Positions 10,091 to 20,269 of a stretch of 64,000 bases of DNA are shown here, piece by piece. Numbering within the stretch: the first letter of the stretch is position 1; the number at the start of each line of letters is the position of its first letter. Where the stretch lies: the NCBI GenBank assembly GCA_963765675.1, contig CAVXXK010000001.1, positions 160,001 to 224,000 on the forward strand. Direction: 5' to 3'. The notes under the pieces were generated by a model. It saw only the letters and a program-made list of their open reading frames with translations, was not told where the DNA came from and searched no databases. The stretch is from an uncultured delta proteobacterium. GTDB taxonomy: Bacteria > Desulfobacterota > Binatia > Binatales > Binataceae. The position numbers and the translations under genes are program-made.

Positions 10091-12382
10091 ATGCCTACAG
10101 CACCCGAAAACTCCGCAAACGCGGCTGCTCCTTCGATCTTCTCAGCGAACTCGGCGCTGGAAGTTGCACGCACGCGACAGAATGCGCGCGTGCAGGAAAC
10201 GTCTCGCGCGGCCACCGCTCCTGACAATCGTGAGGGAGCGCTGCGCGTCACCGCGGGCGCGCTGATCTTTTTGGCGGTTCAGTTCGTTTATATCCACGGC
10301 GACATGGGGCTGGCGCACGGTCTGAGAGAATCATTCGTGCTGCGTCATCTCGCCAACGTCCTCGTGATGGCGCTGTGCGCCTGCGCGATGTTGCATCCGC
10401 GGCTGGTCCCTTACTGGCGGCAAGTCGCACTCGCGGGATGCAGCTTTATCGCGTTCAACGGCGCGTACTCGGGCCTGATTCTCCACTCGCCGCTCAATCA
10501 GCTCTTCGCGGTGATTGTCATCGCAGTGGGAAGCGCCGCCCTGCTGCCGTGGAACGGATGGTGGCAAGGCGCAATGAATGCGGTCTGCACCGCAACCTTC
10601 GCGATCGCGCAACTTGCGGCGTCGCGGGGCAATATCAACTCACCGTTCTGGGCGGTCTTGATTGGCGCGATCGCCGTCGCGCAAGCCACCACGGTGTTTG
10701 CCGAACGGATGCGGCGTGAGCGGCGCAGCTTCGAACGCGCGCTACGTGAAAACGCGGCAAAGTTCGAAAGCGTCTTCCGTCACAGTCTCGATCCGATCTT
10801 GATTCAGAACCTGGCCGATCTCAAATTCATCGACGTGAACAACGCCTTCCTGCGCGCATCGGGGTATTCGCGCGAGGAAGTGCTCGGCCACGACCCGTTT
10901 GAACTCAACATGATCGCGTCGAACGAAGAATTGTCGCGGGTAGGCGTCGCCCTTGCCAAACACGGCAAAGCCCACAATGTCGAAGTGCGGTTCCGCAAGC
11001 GCGACGGCGAGACTTCGCCGACTCTGGTTTCGGCTTCGATCCTCGAGCTCGGCGGCTTTGACTGCGTACTCGTAATCATGCGCGATATCTCCGCGCTCAA
11101 GCAGGCGGAGGCGCAAATCGTCGCCGCAAGCGTTGCCGCGCAAGCGGCGACCCGCGCCAAGTCGGAATTTCTGGCCGGAATGAGCCACGAAATCCGCACT
11201 CCGATGAACGCCATGCTAGGGATGGCCGATCTGCTGTGGGAATCGCGGCTCGGCCCCGAGCAGCGCGAGTACGTACGGATCCTCCGCACCACCGGCAACT
11301 CGATGCTGAAGCTGATCGACGACATCCTGGATCTCTCCAAGGTAGAAGCCGGACGCCTGACATTGGAATCCGCCGATTTCGATCTGCGCGAGAGTATCGC
11401 CAACACCATCGAGGCGCTGGAGATTCGCTCGCGCGGAAAAGGCCTCGCGCTGACCTGCGAGATCGATCCCGACGTGCCGGCAGTCGCAACCGGCGACGCC
11501 CTGCGCCTGCGCCAGATCCTGTTCAATATAGTTGGCAACGCGATCAAGTTTACCGAACGCGGCACCGTCGCGGTGCGGGTTACTCCGGCCGTTGCCGCCG
11601 ATGGCACGCGCGCAATCCGTTTTGCGGTTAGCGATTCTGGAATCGGAATCCCTCCCGACCGGATTCAGCAGATTTTTGAAGAGTTCACGCAAGTCGATTC
11701 CTCGACCACCCGAAAATACGGCGGCACCGGCCTGGGCCTGGCAATCGCAAACCGCCTCGTTCACCTGATGGGCGGAACAATCGAGGTCGAGAGCGAACTC
11801 GGCCGCGGCAGCACGTTTCATTTCGTAGTCCCGCTCGTTCCCGTCGTCGCGCCCGTCGCCGCGCACGCCGCCGCGCCGGAAACGGCTGCGCTTGCACGCT
11901 CCGCGGCTGGAGCGACCCAATGGCGAGCGCTCAGAATTCTGCTGGCCGAGGATGCCGAGGATAATCGCGCGCTGATTCGCGCCTATCTGGCGAAGACTCG
12001 CCACGTGCTCGACACCGCTGAAGACGGCGCCGCGGCGGTCGAGAAATATCGCACCGGCAAGTACGACTTGGTCCTGATGGACGTGCAGATGCCGGTGATG
12101 GACGGGCACAGCGCGGCGCGCGCGATTCGCGACCTCGAGCATGAGACTGGCAGGCCGCGCGTCCCGATCTATGCGCTGACCGCGTTTGCTTTTCGCGATG
12201 ACGCCGAAAAGACGCGCGCCGCCGGCTGCGACGGCCATCTGACCAAGCCGATCAAGAAGGCCACGCTGCTCGCGCTGCTCGAAGATCATCTGCGTACTCT
12301 CGCCGAACAACGGCTCTCCGCCGGGGCTCCTCGAGTCTCCGCGCCTGCTTCATTTTCTCGCGTCCTCAAAATTCGCCCCTGA
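10091..12382 (+). CDS. Membrane hybrid sensor histidine kinase (TM-PAS-HisKA-HATPase-REC)
   Basis: MSHEIRTPMN H-box, NAIKFT, DSGIGI, GGTGLGL, and receiver LLAED..LVLMDVQMP. Confidence 0.93.
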   Translation: MPTAPENSANAAAPSIFSANSALEVARTRQNARVQETSRAATAPDNREGALRVTAGALIFLAVQFVYIHGDMGLAHGLRESFVLRHLANVLVMALCACAMLHPRLVPYWRQVALAGCSFIAFNGAYSGLILHSPLNQLFAVIVIAVGSAALLPWNGWWQGAMNAVCTATFAIAQLAASRGNINSPFWAVLIGAIAVAQATTVFAERMRRERRSFERALRENAAKFESVFRHSLDPILIQNLADLKFIDVNNAFLRASGYSREEVLGHDPFELNMIASNEELSRVGVALAKHGKAHNVEVRFRKRDGETSPTLVSASILELGGFDCVLVIMRDISALKQAEAQIVAASVAAQAATRAKSEFLAGMSHEIRTPMNAMLGMADLLWESRLGPEQREYVRILRTTGNSMLKLIDDILDLSKVEAGRLTLESADFDLRESIANTIEALEIRSRGKGLALTCEIDPDVPAVATGDALRLRQILFNIVGNAIKFTERGTVAVRVTPAVAADGTRAIRFAVSDSGIGIPPDRIQQIFEEFTQVDSSTTRKYGGTGLGLAIANRLVHLMGGTIEVESELGRGSTFHFVVPLVPVVAPVAAHAAAPETAALARSAAGATQWRALRILLAEDAEDNRALIRAYLAKTRHVLDTAEDGAAAVEKYRTGKYDLVLMDVQMPVMDGHSAARAIRDLEHETGRPRVPIYALTAFAFRDDAEKTRAAGCDGHLTKPIKKATLLALLEDHLRTLAEQRLSAGAPRVSAPASFSRVLKIRP

Positions 12383-12484
12383 AAGATTTTCTCTCGCCTC
12401 TCGTCGCATACGCATGTTACGCTCGCGGCTGCGCGGGAGCTGCGCTAGCGCGGCGTCGAGCACGATCCGCGTGGGCAGTCCGCG

Positions 12485-14630
12485 ATGCAGCAGCTAACCG
12501 AAATCGAAATCATTCGATTCCTGTTCCAGATCGGCCTTCTGCTCGCCGTCAGCCGTATCCTTGCCGACCTGATGAAGCGCATCGGCCAAGCCGCCGTGAT
12601 TGGCGAGCTCCTGGCCGGAATCCTGCTCGGCCCGTCGCTTTTGGGACAGCTCGCGCCCGGGCCTTACGCGCTCATCTTTCCGGAGAGCCTGGTCGCGATG
12701 CATCTGCTCGAGGGAATCGCGTGGGTCGGCGCAGTGACTCTTCTGCTGTTCATCGGACTGGAGACCGACCTGAGCCTGCTGCGCGGAAAGGGACGCGCGG
12801 TTACGTTGGTCTCGGGCTTCGGGATCTCGATTCCGCTCGTGAGCGGAGTGATCCTTGGCCTGCTGATTCCGGCCGATAACCTGGTCGCGCCCGAGCATCG
12901 AATTATCTTCGCGCTGTTTCTTGGCGTCGCGATTTCGATCTCCGCGGTTCCGGTAATCGCGAAAATCCTGCTCGATCTCGGTCTGATGCGCCGCGACCTC
13001 GGGATGCTGATCCTGGCCGCCGGAATCTTTGACGATTCGATCGGATGGCTCTTGCTCTCGATTGTCGCGGGACTGGCCGAGCGCGGAGTGATTGACGTGA
13101 TCTCGGTCTCGAAACTGGCGTCCGAGACCGCCGCGTTTCTGGGTTTCTGCTATTTCATCGGCACTCCGCTCGCGCGGCGGTTCTTACGCTGGGTTGATGA
13201 TCGGACCTACGTCGAGCATGCGAAGCTGAGCGCGATGCTGGTGATCGCTATGTTATGCGCGGTGATCGCGCAGGCAATCGGACTGCATGCAGTGTTCGGC
13301 GCATTTATCGCCGGTCTGATGATGACGCAATCGGCGCGCGTAAAACCCGCCGACATCGGCGAGATCGAGGGAATCGCGACCGGATTCCTCGCACCGATTT
13401 TCTTCGCATACTCGGGCCTGCGCGCGGACCTCTCGGCGCTCAAAACTCCCGGCGTCGCGATCCTCATCCTGGCCATCGGATGCACCACCAAGCTTTTCGG
13501 CTGCGGCGTCGGCGGCAAGCTCGGCGGACTTAAATGGCGCGAGGCGCTGGCCGTCGCGATTGGGATGAACGCGCGCGGAGGAATGGGAATTATCGTCGCG
13601 CTGGTCGGACTGACGCTCGGCGTTCTAACGCCCTCGATGTACACCGTGCTGCTGTTGTTCGCGATGGTCACGTCGCTGATGACGCCGCCACTGCTCAGTT
13701 GGGCGATCGGCGAAACCACGCAGCAACCGAGCGAAGCCGATCGTATCGAGCGGGAAAAACTGCTTGCGCGGCTGCCGTTCTCGCACGAGGGCACCAAGCT
13801 CCTGGTGCTGAGTGGCGGCGGTCCGCACGCTGATCTCGCCGCGCATCTGGCAGCCGCGCTCGCCAACGACAAGGACTGCGAGCATCACCGTGTTCCGCGC
13901 GGTGACTCCCGGAACGCCGGCGAAGTCGGCCGAGTTCGACGCGCAGTTCACGCGTCTAAAGGCGATCGCCGAACAGGCCGGGGCGAAAAACGTCCACCAG
14001 CGCGTCGCCAGCGCGGACTCGGTCGCCGAAGCGATCACCGGCGAGGCCGCGCGCGGCTACGACGCGATCTTCGCGGGCGCATCGCACCTCGGCGGCTATG
14101 ACAACCTGGGTGGCGACGTTCTGCGCAGCCTCGTCAGCACCGCGCGTGCGCCGGTGGTTATCGTGCGCGGAGGCGACACCTCGGTGCCGTTCATGCGCGT
14201 GCTGACGCCCACGACCGGAGCGGCGTTCGCGCGCCTGGGCGCGACCGTCGCGATGCACTACGCGCGGGTGTTCGGCGCGCAGGTGACGGCGCTCTATGTG
14301 CGCGAGGCCTCGATGATCCCGCTGCCGATCTTTGGCGCAAGCAAGTCTCCCGACGCCGACGAGGGGCGCGAATTCGTCGAGGAGATTTCCAAACTCGGAC
14401 AGGAACTCGGCGTCAACGTCGAGGCCCGCCTTGGCTCGGGCCGCAAAATCGAAAATGTGATTCTCTCCACTGTCGCAAAAGACGACGTCGGACTGCTGGT
14501 GATGGGCGTGCTGTTTCGCTCCTCCGACGAGCGGCTGTTCTTCGGTCGCAAGGTCAGCGAGATTGTCCAAAAAGCCCGCTGCGCCGTCGCCGTAGTGGTA
14601 CCGCCCCAGCAGACCAACGGTGGCGCCTAG
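12485..14630 (+). CDS. Cation:proton antiporter (CPA2) with C-terminal tandem USP domains; frameshifted near 13874
   Basis: GELLAGILLGPS, DDSIGW, FGAFIAG and GMNARG motifs. Removing one G at AAGGACT joins ORF 12485 to the USP-like ORF 13812..14630. Confidence 0.85.
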
Positions 14631-14681
14631 CGATTGGACGGCGAGCTATCGCCGATGCTACTCAAACCGCTGGAGGCCTCG

Positions 14682-15848
14682 ATGGATCCGCATCAGGAGA
14701 TTTGCCGCGCAATCGACGCGTACCGCGAAACCGCGGTCGCAACCAGCCGCTCGATTCATGATCGTCCCGAGCCCAGATTTGAAGAAGTTTTCGCCGCCGA
14801 GCAATTGAGCGGCGCCGCCGATGCGCTTGGGTTGCATGTCGAGCGCGGAATCGCCGGGCTCAAGACCGCGTTTCGCGCCGAGTTCGGTGGACACGGTCCA
14901 ACCGTCGCGATTTTCGCCGAGTACGACGCGCTGCCCAACGGCCATTCCTGCGGGCACAACCTGATCGCCGGCGCCGCGCTAGCCGCCGTCGCGGGATTGC
15001 ATGCGATCGCCCCTCAGTTGAAGGGCAAGATCGTTTTCATGGGAACGCCGGCCGAAGAAGGCGGCGGCGGAAAAGTCATCCTGATGAATCGCGGCGCGCT
15101 CAAGGGCGTCGACGCCGCGATGATGGCGCATCCGATGGACGGCGAATGGTCCACGATGCCTGCGCTCGCGACGCACGGCGTCCGCCTGAAGTTTCGCGGC
15201 AAAGCCTCGCACGCGGCAATCGCTCCGTGGGACGGGTCGAGCGCGCTCGCCGCGATGCTCTTGACGTTTCACGCGGTCGATATGGCGCGGCTGCATTTTC
15301 GCGACGGCTCGCGCGTCCACGGAATCATCACCAATGGCGGACAGGCCGCGAATATCATCCCCGAGATGACCGAGTGCCAGTTCACCACGCGCGCATACAC
15401 CAGCAAGTACGCCGAAGAGATGGCGCAACGAGTGATCCAGTGCGCGCGCGGCGCCGCGATGGCGGTAGGTACGCAAGTCGAGGAGACGAATTTCAGCGGC
15501 TACAAGAACATGGTCTCGAACCTGACCCTCGCGCATCGTTATGCCGCGCATTCGCAGGCGCTTGGAACGCCAACGCCCGATCCGCCGCACGGCCTGCCGA
15601 CCGGCAGCACCGACATGGGCGATATCAGCCATCGCATGGTCGCGATTCATCCAGTCTTCGCGATTTCGACCCCCGGCGAAGGCACCTGCCACGAAGACGC
15701 ATTCGTCCGCCACGCGGATTCTCCTCGCGGCTACGACGCGATGATCCGGGTAGCGAAGGCGCTTGCGATGACCGCGTACGATCTACTCGCCGAGCCCGAG
15801 CTTCTGGCCGCGGCCAAAGCGGAATTCTCTGCAAACAAAGAGACCTGA
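14682..15848 (+). CDS. M20 family amidohydrolase
   Basis: AEYDALP.GHSCGHN, GTPAEEGGGGK and GSTDMGDIS; GGAGG RBS before ATG 14682. Confidence 0.9.
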   Translation: MDPHQEICRAIDAYRETAVATSRSIHDRPEPRFEEVFAAEQLSGAADALGLHVERGIAGLKTAFRAEFGGHGPTVAIFAEYDALPNGHSCGHNLIAGAALAAVAGLHAIAPQLKGKIVFMGTPAEEGGGGKVILMNRGALKGVDAAMMAHPMDGEWSTMPALATHGVRLKFRGKASHAAIAPWDGSSALAAMLLTFHAVDMARLHFRDGSRVHGIITNGGQAANIIPEMTECQFTTRAYTSKYAEEMAQRVIQCARGAAMAVGTQVEETNFSGYKNMVSNLTLAHRYAAHSQALGTPTPDPPHGLPTGSTDMGDISHRMVAIHPVFAISTPGEGTCHEDAFVRHADSPRGYDAMIRVAKALAMTAYDLLAEPELLAAAKAEFSANKET

Positions 15849-15890
15849 GACGGCAGGAGCGGTCACGCACGGGTCGGGGCGCTTCGCGCC

Positions 15891-16005
15891 AGCCGACGGG
15901 CCGTCGGCTACCACTGACTAAAGGAAATTTCACGGCGAGGTACAGCTAAATCGCCGTCCAACCAAATATTTTTTTCTGTCAGTGGTGGCGGACGGCCCGT
16001 CCGCC
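15891..16005. repeat. Inverted pair of GTAG/GTGG-type REP-like palindromes
   Basis: AGCCGACGGGCCGTCGGCTACCACTGAC (15891-15918) versus GTCAGTGGTGGCGGACGGCCCGTCCGCC (15978-16005); a third copy lies at 50455-50480. Confidence 0.7.
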
Positions 16006-16008
16006 TTC

Positions 16009-16371
16009 TTACACTCGCAGCCGCGCCGGAAGCTCAAACGATCCGTCGGCGGCGCAGGGGAATTCGAGCACTTCCGTCACCGCGTCGAGATTCAATTCAC
16101 CGTACAAATGCGGGAACAGTCCCGCGCGAGGCTCGCCGTCCGCCCAGCCTGTCGGCAGTGCGGCGGGTTCATAACGCAGCGGCGCGGTGAGTTTGCGCTC
16201 ATCGATGTAGAGCAGAACCAAATCGCGTTGGCCGTGAAAAAATCGGTTGGCAGTCTCGATAGCTTGCGCGAGGGTCGAGCAGTGGATGAAACCATCGCGC
16301 TCGAAGCTGGAAGGCCGGTAAGCATCCCGCGCGCTCTCCCATTCGGCGCGCCTGGCGATGTGCAGGATCAC
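16009..16371 (-). CDS. DUF952 family protein
   Basis: ILHIA...W, GFIHCST and FPHLYGELN motifs. Confidence 0.88.
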   Translation of the reverse strand: MILHIARRAEWESARDAYRPSSFERDGFIHCSTLAQAIETANRFFHGQRDLVLLYIDERKLTAPLRYEPAALPTGWADGEPRAGLFPHLYGELNLDAVTEVLEFPCAADGSFELPARLRV

Positions 16372-16378
16372 GCGCCGC

Positions 16379-16633
16379 CTAGTGGCAGGCGCATCCGCCG
16401 CCGCAGCATCCGCCACCGCCCGTGAAGCGGCCCGCGTTGCTCGACGCTATCGCCTGCACGCCGGCCGCCGCAGCGTCGGCGCTAGAGCCGCGCGACGCAA
16501 AGGTGGACATCTCGCGTGCCAGGTGCGCGCCGCCGCATCGCGGGCACTGTGCGCCGTCGTCGCCGCGGCCCGGCCGCGCGAAGCTCTCGAACGAGCGGTC
16601 GCAATCGGTGCATCGGTATTCGTAGATCGGCAC
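16379..16633 (-). CDS. FmdB family zinc-ribbon protein
   Basis: MPIYEYRCTDC..CPRCG plus GGGCCGGGCACH tail. Confidence 0.88.
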   Translation of the reverse strand: MPIYEYRCTDCDRSFESFARPGRGDDGAQCPRCGGAHLAREMSTFASRGSSADAAAAGVQAIASSNAGRFTGGGGCCGGGCACH

Positions 16634-16645
16634 GATAATTATTCC

Positions 16646-17062
16646 TTAGATTGGCTCCGCGGATTCGGGTGGCTGCGCGTACTCGACCAGCACGCCGCGC
16701 GTCGCCTTGGGATGCAAAAAACAGATCATCCCGGCCAGTCCCGCGCGCGGCTTCTGATCGATCAACTGAATGCCCTTGGCCTTCGCTCCGTCGAGCTCGC
16801 GCTCGACGTCGTCGGTCTCGAAACACACGTGATGCAGTCCGCCGCCGCGGCGGGCGAGGAACTTGGCGACGCCGCCGTCGGGATTGATCGGCTCGAGCAG
16901 CTCGATCTCGCTCTCGCCGACTTTGAGCAGGGCGGCGCGCACGCCCTGCTCTTCGATCGTGGCGCTTTTGGTCAAGCGGAGCCCCAGAGTGTCGCGCCAG
17001 AACTTGAGTCCCGCATCCAGGCTTGGCACGACCACGCCTACATGATGAATCCGCTTGAGCAT
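16646..17062 (-). CDS. mce: Methylmalonyl-CoA epimerase
   Basis: IHHVGVVV, IELLEP, GGGLHHVCF and FLHPKATRGVLVE. Confidence 0.88.
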   Translation of the reverse strand: MLKRIHHVGVVVPSLDAGLKFWRDTLGLRLTKSATIEEQGVRAALLKVGESEIELLEPINPDGGVAKFLARRGGGLHHVCFETDDVERELDGAKAKGIQLIDQKPRAGLAGMICFLHPKATRGVLVEYAQPPESAEPI

Positions 17063-17075
17063 CGCACCCGCTTGC

Positions 17076-19466
17076 CTACTTCTTCAGACAAATCTTCTTC
17101 TGCAACAGATCCCATCGCGAGAGCATCTCGGGCGAACCAAGGGTCGGATGCTCGGCGCGGGTCGACGCGAGCTTGTTGCACGCGCCGGCGATATTGCCCT
17201 GTTTCGAATAAATCTCCGCGATCTGATACTTGGCCTCATACCACAGCGGGTCGGACTCGGCCGCCGTGCTTTCGACGTTGGTCCACAAAGTGACCGCGTC
17301 TTTGAGATCGCCCTTGGCCTGCGCGATACGCGCCAGACCGGCGTTTGCATCGGGCGACGCGGCATCGGCCTTCACGACTTGGTCGAAGATGGTCTTGGCC
17401 TTGTCGACGTTGTTCTGCGCGATATACGCCTGACCAAGGATCGACAGCGTACCGGTCAGGTTCTTGGCCGGAGTCTTGCCCGACATAACCTGATCCTCGA
17501 AGAAATCGTACGCGGTCTGGGTCAGCTTGGCGTTGGCGACATAGGCCTTCTGGTCGCCCTTGGCCTGCGCCTCCTGCGCAGCGTGCCAGAAGTCCAACCC
17601 CAACTCCTTGACGAAGTCGGTGTTGGGGTTTTTCATCGTCTTGTATCTTGCCACCACGGACTGCACATCTTTCTCCACGTCGTCGTAGCGGCCGAGATGA
17701 TCGAGCGCCGTGATGCGCCATTCCTGCACATCGCTGAACTTGTCGCTCATCGCTGGATACTGCTGTTCGTAGTTCATCAGCAGATCGGCGATTTGCTTGG
17801 GATCGGCGTTCTTCTGGCCCTGGATCAAACCGGCGAGCATATAGATAGCGCGGCCCTTGGTCTCGTGGATGAACTTCTTCTGCGCAGCGCTGCCGGCGGT
17901 GCGCTCGGCCTCGGGCTCCATCCGGATAGTATCCTGCAGGTCCTTGACCGTCTGCGCGCGGAGCTGATCCATGTTAACCGGCGGCGCGTTCTTTTCGTTC
18001 TTATTGCCTGCGGCGGCGAGCGCCTGGTAGTCGCACTCGGCCGAATTGTACTTCGCGGTGAAGCTGTACTCGTTGTTGCCGGTCACCTGCTGATACATCT
18101 TGGAGGCTTCGAGGAAGTTGCCCTGGCGCTGCATGCGCTCGGCCAGGCGGAAGCGCATTTCGGGCGCGTACTCGCCGCCTGAGTATTTCGAGACATAATC
18201 GGTCGCGGCCTTGACCCACTGGTCCTCGAGCTGAGTGTTCTTCATCCCGCTCGACTCCCACTGGCCCCGCGGGAGCTTGTACTTCATGTAAGCGGCCCAC
18301 TGCGCATCGGCGCCGCCGGCGCGCTCGACGTCGGTCAGGAGCTGCTCGACCTGGTCGAAGCGCTTTTCATTGAAGTAGATATCGGCCGCGTAGCGATAGC
18401 CCTTGGCATACTTCGAGCTGCCGCGCGCCGCGTCGACGTAATACTTGGCCGCGCCTGCCTGATCCTTGCGCGCAAGCAGCACGTTGGCCGTCAGCCACTT
18501 TTCAAACGGATCGTTCGAGCTGCCGAATTCCTGGGTCACGCTCTGCGAGTACTTGGCCACTGCGGCAACCGCGATCGCCCATTTCTCCTTGTCGCCTTCC
18601 ATGGTCTTGAGCTTAGCGACGATCTGCTGGTGGTAAGCAGCCTTCTTCGCGGAGTCATGGGTGGCGTTTTCCGCAGTGAACAGCGCCTGCAGCTGCAGCA
18701 TCTCGCCGCCACCAGTGTTGGTTGCCTGCGCGCCCATGCACTTGGCGCCCTCTTCGCTGTTGCCCATCTGCATATAGGTCGTGCACAACCCCTGATGGGC
18801 GGGATTGTACTGCGCGGTCTCGGCGCCGCCTTCCATGATCTGCTTGAAATCGGCGATCGCCTTGTCGTACTCCGACTTGTCGAACTTGCCGAGCTCGCGT
18901 TCGGCGTACGCTCGGCCGAGCAGGTTCTCGCGCACCAGGTTGGGCTCGAAGATCACCAGTGTGCTCTCGGTGAAGCCGTCGATCGCCTCGTTGAGCAGTT
19001 TCTTGGACATCGTCGAGTCGCCGGAATAAACCGTGGTCGCGCCCTGGAACCGCAGCCATGAAAGCGGATACAGCGCCTGCAGCGAGAGCTTCTCAGGCTC
19101 GGTGTAGTCGCACTGGCCGCCGTTATCCATCTGCTCGATACAGTCGTCCTTCTTTTTCTTCCACGTGCTGTACATCGTGCTGAGCGCGTCATCGAGCTGA
19201 TTGTACGTCGGTCCAAGGGCCGACCGATCAACCTTGCCGCTCGAAGAAACTTTGGCGAACTGCGCCTCGAGCCGGTCGAGATCGCTGATTACCTCGCCCG
19301 CCGTGGTCGGATCGGTCCTGGCCGCAGACATCTTGCCCTGGATACTGGAGAGCTGGGACTGGATGTCGCCCAGGCTCTGCGCACGTACGGCGCTGGTGGC
19401 GAACACCAACGCGCCGACAACCGCAATTGTCACCGACGCGCGGTGAACCATCGAAAGTGACTTCAT
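17076..19466 (-). CDS. Large exported tetratricopeptide-repeat protein
   Basis: Signal peptide ending SAVRA; repeated TPR-like helical motifs (LGRAY..YDKAIADF, LGQAY..VDKAKTIF); strong coding bias. Confidence 0.8.
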   Translation of the reverse strand: MKSLSMVHRASVTIAVVGALVFATSAVRAQSLGDIQSQLSSIQGKMSAARTDPTTAGEVISDLDRLEAQFAKVSSSGKVDRSALGPTYNQLDDALSTMYSTWKKKKDDCIEQMDNGGQCDYTEPEKLSLQALYPLSWLRFQGATTVYSGDSTMSKKLLNEAIDGFTESTLVIFEPNLVRENLLGRAYAERELGKFDKSEYDKAIADFKQIMEGGAETAQYNPAHQGLCTTYMQMGNSEEGAKCMGAQATNTGGGEMLQLQALFTAENATHDSAKKAAYHQQIVAKLKTMEGDKEKWAIAVAAVAKYSQSVTQEFGSSNDPFEKWLTANVLLARKDQAGAAKYYVDAARGSSKYAKGYRYAADIYFNEKRFDQVEQLLTDVERAGGADAQWAAYMKYKLPRGQWESSGMKNTQLEDQWVKAATDYVSKYSGGEYAPEMRFRLAERMQRQGNFLEASKMYQQVTGNNEYSFTAKYNSAECDYQALAAAGNKNEKNAPPVNMDQLRAQTVKDLQDTIRMEPEAERTAGSAAQKKFIHETKGRAIYMLAGLIQGQKNADPKQIADLLMNYEQQYPAMSDKFSDVQEWRITALDHLGRYDDVEKDVQSVVARYKTMKNPNTDFVKELGLDFWHAAQEAQAKGDQKAYVANAKLTQTAYDFFEDQVMSGKTPAKNLTGTLSILGQAYIAQNNVDKAKTIFDQVVKADAASPDANAGLARIAQAKGDLKDAVTLWTNVESTAAESDPLWYEAKYQIAEIYSKQGNIAGACNKLASTRAEHPTLGSPEMLSRWDLLQKKICLKK

Positions 19467-19534
19467 TTTTATACGCCCCACGTGGTCTGGCCTGGAAAAG
19501 GCTCGCCCTAAATAAGGATAATCCCCATAGATCG

Positions 19535-20254
19535 TCAAGCGATCTTCAATCTTTGCGTAACCATGCCGAGATTGGCAAGCGCGTTGATTCGAGCCGCGCG
19601 AGCCTCGCATAGCTGATCCGCAGGCAGCTTTGGATCGAGCAGAACCGCGAAAAACCCGAGCTCGCGCGCAGGCTCGAAGTCATGATGCGTCGAATCGCCT
19701 ACGTGCATCGCCTCAGCGGCGCCTATCCGATGCCGCGCGAGGGCGGCGTCGAAAATCTCGCGCCGCGGCTTCGCGTAGCCTGCTTCCGAAGAAATGGTAA
19801 TCGAGTCGAAGTACGCGGCGAGCCCAAGCCCTTCGAGCAGTCCGTAGAGCCGAAAATCGAAGTTCGAGATGACGCCCAGCTCGAACCCGGCCCGCTTCAG
19901 ACCACGCAGCGTCGATACCGCCGCGGGATCCGCTTCCCAATGCGCAGGCTCGGCGAAGTATGCAAATAATGCCTCGAAGCATCCATCCAGATCGAATGCG
20001 CCCAATCCCGCGAAGCTCTCTGCGACTACCGCGCGCCACCATCCGCGCTCAAGCGCGCGGAGCTCATCGGCTCGATGGCCACGGCCGAACGCGATTACCG
20101 GTGCGGCCGCGAACGCGCGCCTGAAGCCCTCGATCACCGCCGCCTCGGGCGCGTCGAGACCGTGCTCGCGCGCGATTCGCGCGTAGGTGCGTCCGACAGG
20201 CTCGCGCGCCTCGAACAGGGTCCCGGCCGCGTCGAAGAAAATCGCCTTCAGCAT
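19535..20254 (-). CDS. HAD-IA family hydrolase (REG-2-like)
   Basis: FFDAAGTL, ISNFD, AKP..IF and HVGDS. Confidence 0.9.
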   Translation of the reverse strand: MLKAIFFDAAGTLFEAREPVGRTYARIAREHGLDAPEAAVIEGFRRAFAAAPVIAFGRGHRADELRALERGWWRAVVAESFAGLGAFDLDGCFEALFAYFAEPAHWEADPAAVSTLRGLKRAGFELGVISNFDFRLYGLLEGLGLAAYFDSITISSEAGYAKPRREIFDAALARHRIGAAEAMHVGDSTHHDFEPARELGFFAVLLDPKLPADQLCEARAARINALANLGMVTQRLKIA

Positions 20255-20269
20255 GATTCGCGGCGTGGC

